Below the pieces are notes generated by a model. It was given only the letters and a program-made list of their open reading frames with translations, was not told the origin of the DNA and did no database searches. Below are positions 46,109 to 56,303 of a stretch of 64,000 bases of DNA, piece after piece. Position numbers and translations under genes: made by a program. Each line of letters begins with the position of its first letter. Positions within the stretch are counted from its first letter, which is position 1. Source of the DNA: an uncultured Alphaproteobacteria bacterium (GTDB lineage: Bacteria; Pseudomonadota; Alphaproteobacteria; Rhizobiales; Beijerinckiaceae); contig CAVSSS010000013.1 in NCBI GenBank assembly GCA_963730555.1, positions 87,695 through 151,694 on the forward strand, in the 5' to 3' direction.

Positions 46109-46510
46109 ATGATCGGAATGGTCCTCGTGACCCACGGCCAGCTCGCCACTGGTTTTCGGGCAGCGTTAGAGCATGTCGTCGGGCCCCAGTCCCAGCTCGA
46201 GACGATAACAATCGGTCCGGAAGACGACATGGAACAGCGCCGATCGGATATCTTGAGCGCAGCGGCGCGCGTTCAGGACGGCGGCGGGGTCGTAATTCTG
46301 ACGGATATGTTCGGCGGCACCCCATCAAATCTAGCTATTTCCGTGATGGACGGAGGACGCATCGAGGTCATCTGCGGTGTCAACCTGCCGATGTTGATCA
46401 AGCTCGCGACTATGCGCGAAGCAGCCGATCTCGACCACGCCGTGGTGGAGGCCCGCGATGCTGGCCGCAAATACATCACGATCGCGAGCAAGGTGCTGGA
46501 GGGGAAATGA
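46109..46510 (+). CDS. manX: PTS EIIA (mannose-type)
   Basis: VTHG, TDMFGGTPSN and GVNLPML motifs. Confidence 0.92.
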   Translation: MIGMVLVTHGQLATGFRAALEHVVGPQSQLETITIGPEDDMEQRRSDILSAAARVQDGGGVVILTDMFGGTPSNLAISVMDGGRIEVICGVNLPMLIKLATMREAADLDHAVVEARDAGRKYITIASKVLEGK

Positions 46511-46827
46511 CCCAGGCCAGTCTCCGAAGAAAAATGCTCGCCGGCGCCGCGGACGACGGCTTGTCGCGCGAGTTGCATATCGTCAACCGAAAGGGTTTGC
46601 ACGCGCGCGCTACCGCGAAATTTGTGCAGTGCGTCGACCGGTTTGACGCCGACGTCAAGGTCACCCGCTGCGGTGAGACCGTCGGAGGTGATTCGATCAT
46701 GGGCATCCTGACGCTCGGCGCGGGCCCGGGAACAACGATTACGGTATCGGCCTCAGGCGCGGAAGCTCGAGAGGCGTTGGATGCGCTTGCGGCTCTGGTC
46801 TCCAGCCGGTTCGGCGAAGACGAGTGA
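46507..46827 (+). CDS. npr: phosphocarrier NPr/HPr
   Basis: GLHARA and SIMGIL motifs. Confidence 0.9.
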   Translation: MTQASLRRKMLAGAADDGLSRELHIVNRKGLHARATAKFVQCVDRFDADVKVTRCGETVGGDSIMGILTLGAGPGTTITVSASGAEAREALDALAALVSSRFGEDE

Positions 46828-46849
46828 CGCTCGCCGTTCGCGCCTGGCG

Positions 46850-47680
46850 CTACATCCGAAAGTCCTCGCCTAAATAGAAGCGTCGCACGTCCGGGTGGGC
46901 GATGATCTCGTCCGGCGGGCCCTCAGTCAAAACGTGGCCGCTATGAATGATATAGGCTCGATCGATCAGCCCAAGGGTTTCGCGCACATTGTGATCGGTA
47001 ATCAGGACGCCGATGCCCCGCCCTTTGAGGTGACGCACGAGGTCCTGGATGTCGCCGACCGCGATCGGGTCAATGCCCGCGAAAGGCTCGTCGAGGAGCA
47101 TGAAAGATGGTTTGCCTGCAAGGGCGCGGGCGATTTCGCAACGACGCCGTTCGCCGCCCGACAGCGAAATTGAGGGCGCCGTGCGCACGCGCGCGATATC
47201 AAACTCCTCGAGCAGCGATTCCAACATCGCCTCGCGCGCGCGACGATTAGGTTCATTGACCTCGAGCACTGCGCGAATATTGTTCTCGACGTTGAGTCCG
47301 CGGAAGATCGAGGCCTCCTGGGGCAAATAGCCGACCCCTAGCCGGGCTCTTTGAAACATCGGCAGCCCGGTGACGTTATGGCCGTCCAATTCGATTTCGC
47401 CCTTGTCGGGTTTGACTAGGCCAGTGATCATGTAGAAAACAGTGGTCTTGCCGGCCCCATTCGGCCCCAACAAGCCGACCGCCTCGCCCTGTCGCACCGA
47501 AAGGCTTACGTCCTGCACGACCATTCGGCCACCGTAGCCCTTACCGAGATGATGCACGGCGAGAACGCCCTGACCAGCAGGCGGAGCCCATAATTCGGAA
47601 GCCGACGCGCTGCTGTCGCTGCGCAACCATTTGCGCCAGCGAGGCACGCGAATGCGCTCACGCACGGCTTCATCGCTCAT
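46850..47680 (-). CDS. lptB: LPS export ABC ATPase
   Basis: GPNGAGKT, LSGGERRR, DEPFAGIDP and YLGEDF motifs. Confidence 0.95.
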   Translation of the reverse strand: MSDEAVRERIRVPRWRKWLRSDSSASASELWAPPAGQGVLAVHHLGKGYGGRMVVQDVSLSVRQGEAVGLLGPNGAGKTTVFYMITGLVKPDKGEIELDGHNVTGLPMFQRARLGVGYLPQEASIFRGLNVENNIRAVLEVNEPNRRAREAMLESLLEEFDIARVRTAPSISLSGGERRRCEIARALAGKPSFMLLDEPFAGIDPIAVGDIQDLVRHLKGRGIGVLITDHNVRETLGLIDRAYIIHSGHVLTEGPPDEIIAHPDVRRFYLGEDFRM

Positions 47681-47728
47681 TGACGACAGCTTACTGCGAG
47701 TGAGCCAAACATCGACGATGACCGGCTC

Positions 47729-48406
47729 CTATTTCGTCCTCCCAGCGTCAGCCTTAGCGGCGCCGGCGCCCGATTTCGCGGCGTCCGTATTCGATTTCGG
47801 GACGAACTGTCCGTGGACCCGGCCAGACTTGGTGCTGGTGTCGACGGTCGCCTGGCCATTCTTAAGGTCGTACGTCAGCTTGTCGCCCTTGGTGACGTTT
47901 TGGCCATCGCTGAGCGTTACATGGCCGATAAGCCATACTTTGTCTTCGGCCTTGTCGTAGCTGCCGTTATCGCCAGTGGCGACTTGAGTTTTGGACAGGA
48001 CGGTGACCGGCCCTATCACATCCAGGTGCTTCACACCCGAGTCCGCGGTGGGGGTGGATTGGCCATTCGATGATTGAGCGTTCGATGACTGAGGAGCAGC
48101 GCCCTGAGTCGGGGCGCGGTCGAGAAACACGGTCATGGCCGAGCATGTCATTTTTGTGTCGCCCTGGATCACGACGACATTGCCAGAATAGACTGCCTTA
48201 CGCTCCTTGTCGTAATAGACGAGCTTGTTGGCATCGATCGAGATCGGCTCTTTTGATGATGTCCCAGGAAAGATCGCCACGGGTTCGCTCGCTCCAGTCG
48301 GCTTTTCAGCAGACGGCTTTTCAGCTGCAGCGTCCGCGCCGCTTGAACAGAGCAGCGCAGCAATCATCGCCGCGAACCATCCAGGAACCCGAGATGGCAA
48401 CGCCAT
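47729..48406 (-). CDS. lptA: LptA/OstA-like LPS transport protein
   Basis: signal peptide, YSGNVVVIQG beta repeats, position next to lptB. Confidence 0.85.
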   Translation of the reverse strand: MALPSRVPGWFAAMIAALLCSSGADAAAEKPSAEKPTGASEPVAIFPGTSSKEPISIDANKLVYYDKERKAVYSGNVVVIQGDTKMTCSAMTVFLDRAPTQGAAPQSSNAQSSNGQSTPTADSGVKHLDVIGPVTVLSKTQVATGDNGSYDKAEDKVWLIGHVTLSDGQNVTKGDKLTYDLKNGQATVDTSTKSGRVHGQFVPKSNTDAAKSGAGAAKADAGRTK

Positions 48407-48409
48407 AGA

Positions 48410-49162
48410 TTAGTCCTTTTTTATTTCCGCCGTAGGCTGGTGGTTGGTCTGCGGAACGATAAGTGTTCGAACATGACCCTCGAAGGTCAATTCTTGACCG
48501 TGGTTGATCGCTGCGGCCCGGTCGGCAAATATAGTCGTGCCGTCGCCCGCTTGAACTTCGACGTTGTCGTCGCTTCCATAAACTCCGGACTTAAAATCGA
48601 ATCTCGCAGTACGCAATAGCACGGTAAAGTGGGTGTTCTTGATCCGTACGTTCCCCGATAGCTCCATGTGCTCGGCTATGCTGTCGTAAACGCCCGCGTC
48701 CGCGCTCAAATGCGTCGGTTCCCCGCCGGTCATGCCCATTTCACCGTCAACCTTTTGTAGCTGCACCATGGTCGGTTGTTTAACGTCCTGCAGCGCTCTC
48801 TTGGCGGTTACAGAATAGGCTTGTCCGTCGCTCCGAAAGCCAGCGAGCTTCGGCCGGTCCATTACGATTTTGGTTCCCTCCACCGAGAGCGCCCCAAAAC
48901 TTAGCGAACCCAGTTTTGTCGCAAATGGGTTGAAAAAGGTGATCGCGAGCACCGCTACAATCGCTCCAAGGGCCCCAAACAAAATCGCAAGCCGCGCCAG
49001 TCTGACGCGCGCCGAGTGGCGCTTGGCTTTGACGAACGCCTGTTCCCGGTTATGAGGCGGCGCGACGCCGATGCGGCGCGTCGCGGAGCGGGGCACAAAA
49101 GACCCTGCCCGCTCACCGCCTTCGACCTCCGTCGGGATTGCGTCATCGTGAACCGCTGGCAT
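48410..49162 (-). CDS. lptC: LptC-like LPS export protein
   Basis: KRHSARVR plus single TM, MDRPKLAGF, position in the lpt cluster. Confidence 0.82.
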   Translation of the reverse strand: MPAVHDDAIPTEVEGGERAGSFVPRSATRRIGVAPPHNREQAFVKAKRHSARVRLARLAILFGALGAIVAVLAITFFNPFATKLGSLSFGALSVEGTKIVMDRPKLAGFRSDGQAYSVTAKRALQDVKQPTMVQLQKVDGEMGMTGGEPTHLSADAGVYDSIAEHMELSGNVRIKNTHFTVLLRTARFDFKSGVYGSDDNVEVQAGDGTTIFADRAAAINHGQELTFEGHVRTLIVPQTNHQPTAEIKKD

Positions 49163-49419
49163 TGGTTTCCTGTTCGGGCGCCAAACTCTGCGAAGAACCC
49201 AAAGTACGTGGCGAAGTTAGGGCCGGAAAAGCAGCACAGCCAATGCTATAGAACTTCTCACACGAAGCGCGGGCTGAATGAACCCATTTCCGCCGGCCCA
49301 AGCAACCCTTAAGATCTAAAGCGTGATCCTCTTAAGTTGAAGTATATTCGCCGTCTTTGAACGAGTGAGCCCAGCCTTGGCGTAGAATAATTGACCTGCG
49401 CGCCGCGCGCATGGCGAAC

Positions 49420-49677
49420 TCAACAAGTCGGCGGCTTTGATACAGGCTTCCGAGGGGATTTTTCGATGCGGAACACGGTCTCGCGCTCGCCGCGCTCGAT
49501 GATCTCCAAGCGGTCGCCGATCGCCCCGACCAAATGGGGAATGTCGATCACCGCAAGCGGATCGGTGCAGCGAACTTCCAACCGGTCGCCGGGCGCCAGG
49601 GATTTTAAGGCTTTGCGCGTCTTGAGCGCCGGAAGGGGGCATTTCAGTCCACTGAGATCCAACTTGGTCACGGTCAT
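49420..49677 (-). CDS. TusA-family sulfur carrier
   Basis: [11 protein letters not shown] and TDP...DIP motifs. Confidence 0.9.
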   Translation of the reverse strand: MTVTKLDLSGLKCPLPALKTRKALKSLAPGDRLEVRCTDPLAVIDIPHLVGAIGDRLEIIERGERETVFRIEKSPRKPVSKPPTC

Positions 49678-49777
49678 GATTCGACATCTGCGCCAGCTGG
49701 GCGAAATGATGCAAGCGGAACCGCCGTCCAATCGCGGCGTTCGAGAGTTCCTGTCAGGTCCGCCTACCACACCCCAA

Positions 49778-50419
49778 ATGGCGATTGCGTTGACTGAAGC
49801 TTTTGGCGTACCGGGGGTGGTGCTCGCGGGCGGCTTGGCGCGCCGAATGGGCGGCGGGGACAAGCCGCTGCGCGAAATTGGCGGCCAGACGATTTTGGCC
49901 CGCGTCATCAAGCGGCTTAAACCGCAATGCGAATGCCTGCTTCTCAGCGGCAATGGCGATCCCCTGCGCTTCGCGCCGTTTGGCCTACCCGTCATTGCCG
50001 ACGCAGTGAAACATCATCCAGGACCGCTCGCTGGAATCCTCGCCGGACTCGACTCGGCCGCGGCCCACTGGCCCGAGGCGCAATGGATTCTCACCGCTCC
50101 GGCGGACTGTCCTTTTCTGCCCCGAGATCTGGTCGTACGGTTGCGCCAAGCCGTGTCGTCTCAAAACCCTCAGCTTGCAGTGGCCGCCTCCCAGGGACGA
50201 TCTCATCCCGTAATCGGGCTATGGAAGGTCGGGTTGCGCGATGCGTTGCGCCAGGCCCTCGTCGAAGAAGGTCTCCGTAAGGTCGAAGCCTGGACCCAGC
50301 GCTACCGAATTGCGACGGTCGCCTGGCCGGCCGAACCGCTCGATCCATTCTTCAACGTCAACACCCTTGAGGATCTCGCCGAGGCTGAGCGGCTCGCAGC
50401 GCTTGACGATCCAGCCTAA
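49778..50419 (+). CDS. mobA: molybdenum cofactor guanylyltransferase
   Basis: [25 protein letters not shown] and FFNVNT motifs. Confidence 0.93.
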   Translation: MAIALTEAFGVPGVVLAGGLARRMGGGDKPLREIGGQTILARVIKRLKPQCECLLLSGNGDPLRFAPFGLPVIADAVKHHPGPLAGILAGLDSAAAHWPEAQWILTAPADCPFLPRDLVVRLRQAVSSQNPQLAVAASQGRSHPVIGLWKVGLRDALRQALVEEGLRKVEAWTQRYRIATVAWPAEPLDPFFNVNTLEDLAEAERLAALDDPA

Positions 50420-50438
50420 CGCTCGACCGGACGAGCTT

Positions 50439-50633
50439 TTACTTTCGCAGCAACGCCTCCCGAAGTTCGGTCAATTCGGCAAGCTCCTTCTCCTGCTCGG
50501 CGATTCTCGCCGCGTTCAAATCATCGTCGCCTGCGCTCGAGTCCGCCGCTGCCTGTTCAACCAGCTCCTCGAGATTCTCCCGGATCGCGGCAATTCGCTC
50601 ATCGACTTCCGTAAGGGTCAAGCCAGTCTTCAT
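50439..50633 (-). CDS. small coiled-coil hypothetical protein
   Basis: 64-aa ORF with heptad-like pattern (MKTGLTLTEVDERIAAIREN...). Confidence 0.6.
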   Translation of the reverse strand: MKTGLTLTEVDERIAAIRENLEELVEQAAADSSAGDDDLNAARIAEQEKELAELTELREALLRK

Positions 50634-50789
50634 CGCCGCAGTCCACGTGGAGGGCCTCAGGTCATTGAAGTCCTCGTTGAGGATGGGGTCAAGGTCCCGC
50701 GCCGTTCCCATGGCCGGGAGCGCCGACTCGAGGCTCATGGGGGGCACGGACGACCGCGATGTGGCTTCTTCGCCACAATCCAACACAAT

Positions 50790-51244
50790 TGAGCCGGTGC
50801 GTCTCCGATCCCTCGAGAGACCGTTCCGTTTGACAGAAGGGAGGCACCGGGCGCCATCATCATCCGCACCGGCGAGCGCCGACTCTACCTCGTCTTGCCA
50901 GATCATCAGGCGCTCAAATACGGCGACGGCGTCGGGCGGCCGGGATTTACCTGGGCCGGCGTCCCCCGTATCGGCTACAAGCGAGAATGGCCCGATTGGA
51001 CGCCTCCGGCGCCGATGCTGAGGCGCAGGCCAGACCTTCCTCGCCATATGGAGGGGGGACCGGACAATCCGCTCGGGGCGCGGGCCATGTATCTTGTCGG
51101 CACCCTCTAGCGGATTCATGGCTCCAATGAGCCTGATACGATAGGCCGGCGGTTTCGTCGGGCTGCATTCGCATGACTAACCAGGGCGTAACCGACCTTT
51201 ACGGGCGAGCGAAGGTCGGCGCGCGGGTCGTGGTGACGCGCTAG
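50790..51244 (+). pseudogene. L,D-transpeptidase (ErfK/YbiS/YcfS) remnant
   Basis: ERRLYLV, WPDWTPP and NPLGARAMYL; stop before RIHG, frameshift before SSGCIRM, no intact N-terminus. Confidence 0.82.
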
Positions 51245-51512
51245 CTCTGCGAAGCGGCCAGCCCGCCCGCACAAGTTTGCGCGCGCCAATGACTTCATCG
51301 GCTTAAGTGCGCTTTTGCCCAACTTTTTCAGGCCTATGTCGCCATTTCAAAGACCTCGTTCTGAGGCGTCGCGAGGCGGCCTCGAAAGTCTGACCTGAGC
51401 TTGCCGAAGACAACGCTCAAGAGCCGCCAAGGGTGACCATAACAGCTCTCCTTAGATTGCTGTTAGCCGGACGCCAGACTGAAAATCCAGTCGGGGAGGA
51501 AGCCTCCCCGCG

Positions 51513-51689
51513 TTATGAATGCGGTCCGAATGTGCCGATCCCGCCGACCAGCCAAAGCACGACAACCACGATCAAAACGAGTCCCAGCACGCCGCCGAGT
51601 CCGGTAGTCCCGTACCGACCGTGAGCATAATACCCACCGCCTCCGCCGAAAATTAGAATCAGCAGAACAATGATTAAAATCGTGCTCAT
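51513..51689 (-). CDS. DUF3309-like small membrane protein (58 aa, below the ORF-track cutoff)
   Basis: MSTILIIVLLILIFGGGGGYYAHGRYG...; GGAGGG RBS; hairpin at 51492-51510. Confidence 0.78.
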   Translation of the reverse strand: MSTILIIVLLILIFGGGGGYYAHGRYGTTGLGGVLGLVLIVVVVLWLVGGIGTFGPHS

Positions 51690-51725
51690 CTGTCTCCCTC
51701 CTTCAGAGAGAGTTTGATTACAGTC

Positions 51726-51899
51726 TCAGAGTTTGCCCGGAGATTCTTTCAGGCCGCCAATCGCATTTTGAACTTTCCCTTCGGCCTTATCAGCCTTGCC
51801 GTCTGATTCCAGCTTAGCGTCGCCAACGACTTTGCCGACCGCCTCTTTTACGGCGCCGCCGACCTGCTTAGCCGATCCGGCTACACGATCCTTGTCCAT
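51726..51899 (-). CDS. CsbD-family general stress protein
   Basis: MDKDRVAGSAKQVGGAVKEAVGK...GKVQNAIGG. Confidence 0.9.
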   Translation of the reverse strand: MDKDRVAGSAKQVGGAVKEAVGKVVGDAKLESDGKADKAEGKVQNAIGGLKESPGKL

Positions 51900-52014
51900 G
51901 ACACTCTCCTCCAAAAAAGTCCGCAAAACGACAACCGCCTTGAACGATGGTCCGCTGACATTCGCTGAGCAAACGGGGAAAAGCCGGGCTTTCCGCGCCC
52001 GGCAAGTCTTGGGA

Positions 52015-52296
52015 TTACGACGCGAAGCGAACGTTGGGCGAACCTATAACGCCGGCCTTTGTCATCGCGGCCTTCAGATCGTCTCCGCCGAGCCACGCGC
52101 GGGCTTGCGCGACGTCGGCGACGTCCTGAAGGACTAGGACATCATTGGGATCTTCGGCGCTTCGGAACACTCTGCCGTTCGTGACGCCTGCCGCACGGCG
52201 AGCCTTCTCGTGGTCATCGTAACCCTTACGCCATGCTGCGTAATCCTTAACCTTGTGGTGGATCGTCAAGTTGTCAGTTTGATGCTGCGTAGTCAT
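52015..52296 (-). CDS. small alpha/beta-barrel (cyclase-like) protein
   Basis: HKVKDYAAWRKGYD, DPNDV and AM.KAGV motifs. Confidence 0.72.
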   Translation of the reverse strand: MTTQHQTDNLTIHHKVKDYAAWRKGYDDHEKARRAAGVTNGRVFRSAEDPNDVLVLQDVADVAQARAWLGGDDLKAAMTKAGVIGSPNVRFAS

Positions 52297-52823
52297 TCGT
52301 TATGACTCCAAAAAGAGACAAACTATAATCTGGAAATAATTCGCCAGAATTACCTCTTATACCTAATCCACTATTTCATAATTACAAGGCAGCAGCGAAG
52401 ACGATTCTTAGATTTTCAGCTGCTCACGTTGCTTCGCGCATATGCGAATGAGTTTCATGCCGAATCCGGGACCCAGCGCCAGCCCGGTGCAGGTTGACTG
52501 GGTCGTTATCCTGGTCGCTGTCACAGAGTCCGAGAAACTGGCCGAGCCCGTCGCTGTATCTATCGCCCGAGCCGCGCATTACCGCGAGCCGGTTAATCAC
52601 GCTGAGAAGCCCATTGGAATAAATGAAGTTCGGCACTGCTTAGCCTCCCGCATCGAGGAAGGCTCCGGCTCGCGGTTTCGCGAAGCCCGCCAGCCGCGAT
52701 TCCATCTGATCTGACTGTTCGTTATTCCCATCGGGACATAGCGCATTGAAAAGTTTGCGCGTCGGCGCGCCAACGGGCCAACCCGCTTTCTTTCAAGCGG
52801 ATGCGGGCCTATATCCTTGAGCT

Positions 52824-53843
52824 ATGAACATTCACGCGGCTGCGGCCGTCGAGCCGCTCATCGACCCGTTTGGGCGCGCAATCGCCTATGTGCGGGTCTC
52901 CGTCACCGACCGGTGCGACTATCGGTGCGTCTACTGCATGTCCGAGGACATGAATTTCCTGCCCAAGCGGGACATCCTGTCGCTCGAAGAGCTCGACCGG
53001 TTGTGCGCGACTTTCGTTAGCTTAGGCGCGCGAAAAATTCGTATCACCGGTGGCGAACCGCTGGTCAGGCGCAATGTGATGTCGCTGTTCCATCGCCTTT
53101 CGCGTCACCTGAGCGCCGGCGCGCTGGATGAGGTGACGGTGACGACCAACGGCTCTCAGCTCGCTCGCTTCGCCTCCGAACTCGCGGATTGCGGGGTTCG
53201 CCGCATCAACGTCTCGCTCGATACGCTCGATCTGGACAAGTTTCGCCAAGTCACGCGTTGGGGCGATTTGAGCGCCGTTCTGGCCGGCATTGACGCCGCG
53301 TCCGCCGCGGGATTGAAAGTCAAGATCAACACCGTCGCCTTGAAGGGCTTCAACGAGGACGAAGCGTTGGATCTCGTCAAATGGGCGCACGGGCGCGGTT
53401 TCGACCTCACCTTCATCGAGGTGATGCCGCTCGGGGACATGGAGCGGGATCGGGCGGATCAATTCCTGCCTTTGACGGAATTGCGCGCCCGCTTAGGCAG
53501 CTCGCTGACCCTGATCCCTTCGACCTACGTCACCGGCGGCCCGGCGCGCTATTACGACGTTGCGGAAACCGGAGGACGCCTCGGATTCATCACGCCCCTT
53601 ACGCACAATTTCTGCGAAAGCTGCAATCGGGTGCGCGTCACCTGCACGGGCACGCTCTATATGTGTCTCGGCCAAGAGGATGCAGTCGATTTGCGTGAGC
53701 CGCTGCGCCGCTCCGCTTCCGATGGCCCGCTCATCGAGGCGATCCGCGCTGGGATCAAGCGCAAGCCCAAAGGTCACGATTTCGTCATCGCCCGGTCGGC
53801 CGCGCCCGCCGTTCACCGCCATATGAATGCGACCGGCGGCTGA
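52824..53843 (+). CDS. moaA: GTP 3',8-cyclase
   Basis: CDYRCVYC radical-SAM motif, FCESCNR, C-terminal GG. Confidence 0.97.
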   Translation: MNIHAAAAVEPLIDPFGRAIAYVRVSVTDRCDYRCVYCMSEDMNFLPKRDILSLEELDRLCATFVSLGARKIRITGGEPLVRRNVMSLFHRLSRHLSAGALDEVTVTTNGSQLARFASELADCGVRRINVSLDTLDLDKFRQVTRWGDLSAVLAGIDAASAAGLKVKINTVALKGFNEDEALDLVKWAHGRGFDLTFIEVMPLGDMERDRADQFLPLTELRARLGSSLTLIPSTYVTGGPARYYDVAETGGRLGFITPLTHNFCESCNRVRVTCTGTLYMCLGQEDAVDLREPLRRSASDGPLIEAIRAGIKRKPKGHDFVIARSAAPAVHRHMNATGG

Positions 53844-53950
53844 CACCGCTCTTTTTGTCGCGCTCCGCTGGCGGTCAAGTGTTCTCCGCGCTATATTATA
53901 TGGGCGAAAGGCGAGACCTTGACTCTCTGCTCCGATGAGGACCTTACCCC

Positions 53951-54293
53951 ATGGCGAATGCTCGCGAACAAATCGAGAAGATCATCTCCGAAAACCCAGT
54001 TGTCCTGTTCATGAAGGGGACGCCTGAGTTTCCGCAATGCGGGTTTTCCAGCCAGGTCGTACAGATCCTGGAGTATGTCGGCGCGCCGATCGCCAGCGTG
54101 AACGTGCTCGAGGATTCCGAGAATTCGTCAGGGCGTCAAGGAATACGCCAACTGGCCGACAATTCCCCAGCTTTACGTCAAGGGGGAGTTCGTGGGCGGG
54201 TGCGACATTGTGCGCGAAATGTTCCAGTCCGGCGAATTGACGTCGGTTTTGACCGATGCGGGCGTTCCGTTGAAGACCGCCGCCGGGGCCTGA
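53951..54293 (+). CDS. grxD: monothiol glutaredoxin (apparent +1 frameshift at ~54122)
   Basis: FMKGTP..PQCGFS; one-base deletion restores [28 protein letters not shown]. Confidence 0.93.
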
Positions 54294-54546
54294 TCCGCTG
54301 CGGCGACAGCCATCGCGCCCGCGATGCGCGGGCGCGATCGCCTTGGTTCCCGCGCACTGATTCCGCGCTTTCCCCTCCGAAAATCTGCTCCGCGCTATGG
54401 TTGCGGACGACATTTCACGTACAATTGAGCCGCCGCGCCGAGTCGGGCAAGGGTTGTCACCTTATCCTTAAGGCTTAATTGCTACGTTGCAGCGCAAAAG
54501 CTAGGCTGACATGTCAGCCCGCTCGCGCCAGACTGGTCTTTTCTTC

Positions 54547-55845
54547 ATGTCCCCAACTTACCCTTATCAATTCTACGAGATGGCCCATGCCGCGTTGGCG
54601 CCGGCGCGCGCGGTTTCCGACGCCGCGTATTTCGTATTCAGCAATCCCCTGAACCCGCTCTCCAATACCCTGTTCGGCAAGAACATCTCCGCGAGCGCCG
54701 AGATGTTCGAGCGCCTGACGCGCCGCTACGGCAAGCCAACTTTTGGCTTGAACGAAATCCCTCTCGACGGCGACCTCTATCCCGTCGTCCAGGACATCGT
54801 CTGGACGAAACCCTTCTGCAATCTCATCCGTTTCGTCCGGCCCGGCTTTCCGAACGGGGCCAATCAGCCGAAGCTTCTGATCGTCGCGCCGATGTCCGGC
54901 CATTACGCGACCCTGCTTCGCGGCACGGCCGAGGCCTTCCTGCCCCATTTCGACGTTTACATCACCGATTGGGCCGATGCGCGAATGGTTCCCTTGGCGC
55001 TCGGACCTTTCGACCTCGACGACTATATCGTCTACTTACGCGAGATGCTGGCTCATCTTGGCCCGGGCGTGCACACGATCGGCGTCTGCCAGCCCTCGGT
55101 GCCGCTGCTCGCTGCGGCGGCGCTGATGGAGGCCGACCACGACAGCGCCGCCCCCGCCAGCATGACGCTCATGGGCGGCCCGGTCGACACCCGCCGCAGC
55201 CCGACCGAGGTCAACAAGCTCGCAGAAAAGCGCGGCGTCGAATGGTTCCGCCGCCACTGCCTGCATACGGTCCCTTTTCCGTATCCCGGCTTCGGTCGGG
55301 AGGTCTATCCGGGCTTTCTGCAGCTCAGCGGCTTCATGGCGATGAACATCGACCGGCACGTCACCGCTCACCTCGACATGTTCCAGCATCTCGTCGCGGG
55401 CGATGAGGACCCTGCCGAGAAGCACCGCGAGTTCTATGACGAATATCTGGCGGTGATGGACCTCGCTGCCGAATATTATATGCAGACGATCGAGACCGTG
55501 TTCGTGCGCCACGCCCTGCCCAAGGGTGAGATGACCCATCGCGGAAAGCTGGTCGACCTGAAGGCGATCCGCAATAGCGGGCTTCTGGCCGTGGAGGGAG
55601 AAAAGGACGACATATCGGGCGTCGGTCAGACCTACGCCGCCATCGAATTGTGCGCCAACATTCCCGAGTCACGGAAGCAATATTATCTGGCCAAGGGTGT
55701 CGGCCATTACGGCGTCTTCAACGGCTCCCGCTTCCGCAAGGAGATCGCCCCGCGCATCCGCGACTTCATCGCCGGGATCGAGGCCAGCGCTGAACTGGCC
55801 AAGGCGCCCAAGCCCAACGGCTCGCGGCGCCCGAAGGGCGCTTAG
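54547..55845 (+). CDS. phaZ: intracellular PHA depolymerase
   Basis: APMSGHYATLLR, VCQP, EGEKDDI and GHYGVF motifs. Confidence 0.93.
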   Translation: MSPTYPYQFYEMAHAALAPARAVSDAAYFVFSNPLNPLSNTLFGKNISASAEMFERLTRRYGKPTFGLNEIPLDGDLYPVVQDIVWTKPFCNLIRFVRPGFPNGANQPKLLIVAPMSGHYATLLRGTAEAFLPHFDVYITDWADARMVPLALGPFDLDDYIVYLREMLAHLGPGVHTIGVCQPSVPLLAAAALMEADHDSAAPASMTLMGGPVDTRRSPTEVNKLAEKRGVEWFRRHCLHTVPFPYPGFGREVYPGFLQLSGFMAMNIDRHVTAHLDMFQHLVAGDEDPAEKHREFYDEYLAVMDLAAEYYMQTIETVFVRHALPKGEMTHRGKLVDLKAIRNSGLLAVEGEKDDISGVGQTYAAIELCANIPESRKQYYLAKGVGHYGVFNGSRFRKEIAPRIRDFIAGIEASAELAKAPKPNGSRRPKGA

Positions 55846-56018
55846 AGCGGGTCAAATTGCGATCGTCATCGCGAGCCATAGGGCGTCGAAAGACGCCCGT
55901 TCTTCCGGACGGGCTATGGCGAAGCGATCGAGGGTGCGTCGAGCGCCCTGCGGCTCCTGGATCGCCGTGTCGTTTCACTCCTCGCGATGACAATTCCATC
56001 CAAACGCAGCGCGCTCTA
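55843..56018. repeat. composite palindromic repeat, copy B (TAGAGC...GCTCTA termini, module at 55876-55919)
   Basis: terminal inverted repeat; internal GTCATCGCGAG...CTCGCGATGAC; the first TAG is the phaZ stop. Confidence 0.88.
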
Positions 56019-56024
56019 GGAGGA

Positions 56025-56303
56025 TCAGGCGGCCGAGGCCTGCGTCCGAGGGACGAACTTTTCGCAAGGAATCTCGACATCGATCTCGAGCGTCGACACC
56101 GCGTCCGAGCGCTCCATCTTCACCGACAGCTTCTCCGGATCGAATTCGATGTGACGCGCGATGGTGGCGAGCAATTCGTCGCGCAGGATGGTGACGAGAT
56201 CGCGAGGCCCAAGCGCGACGCGCTCATGCGCAAGCAGGATTTGCAGCCGCTCGCGCGCGACCGGCGCAGTGCCGCGGGGTTTCAGAAAGCGAAACAGGTT
56301 CAT
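56025..56303 (-). CDS. minE: cell division topological specificity factor
   Basis: TAPVARERLQILLAHER motif. Confidence 0.96.
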   Translation of the reverse strand: MNLFRFLKPRGTAPVARERLQILLAHERVALGPRDLVTILRDELLATIARHIEFDPEKLSVKMERSDAVSTLEIDVEIPCEKFVPRTQASAA

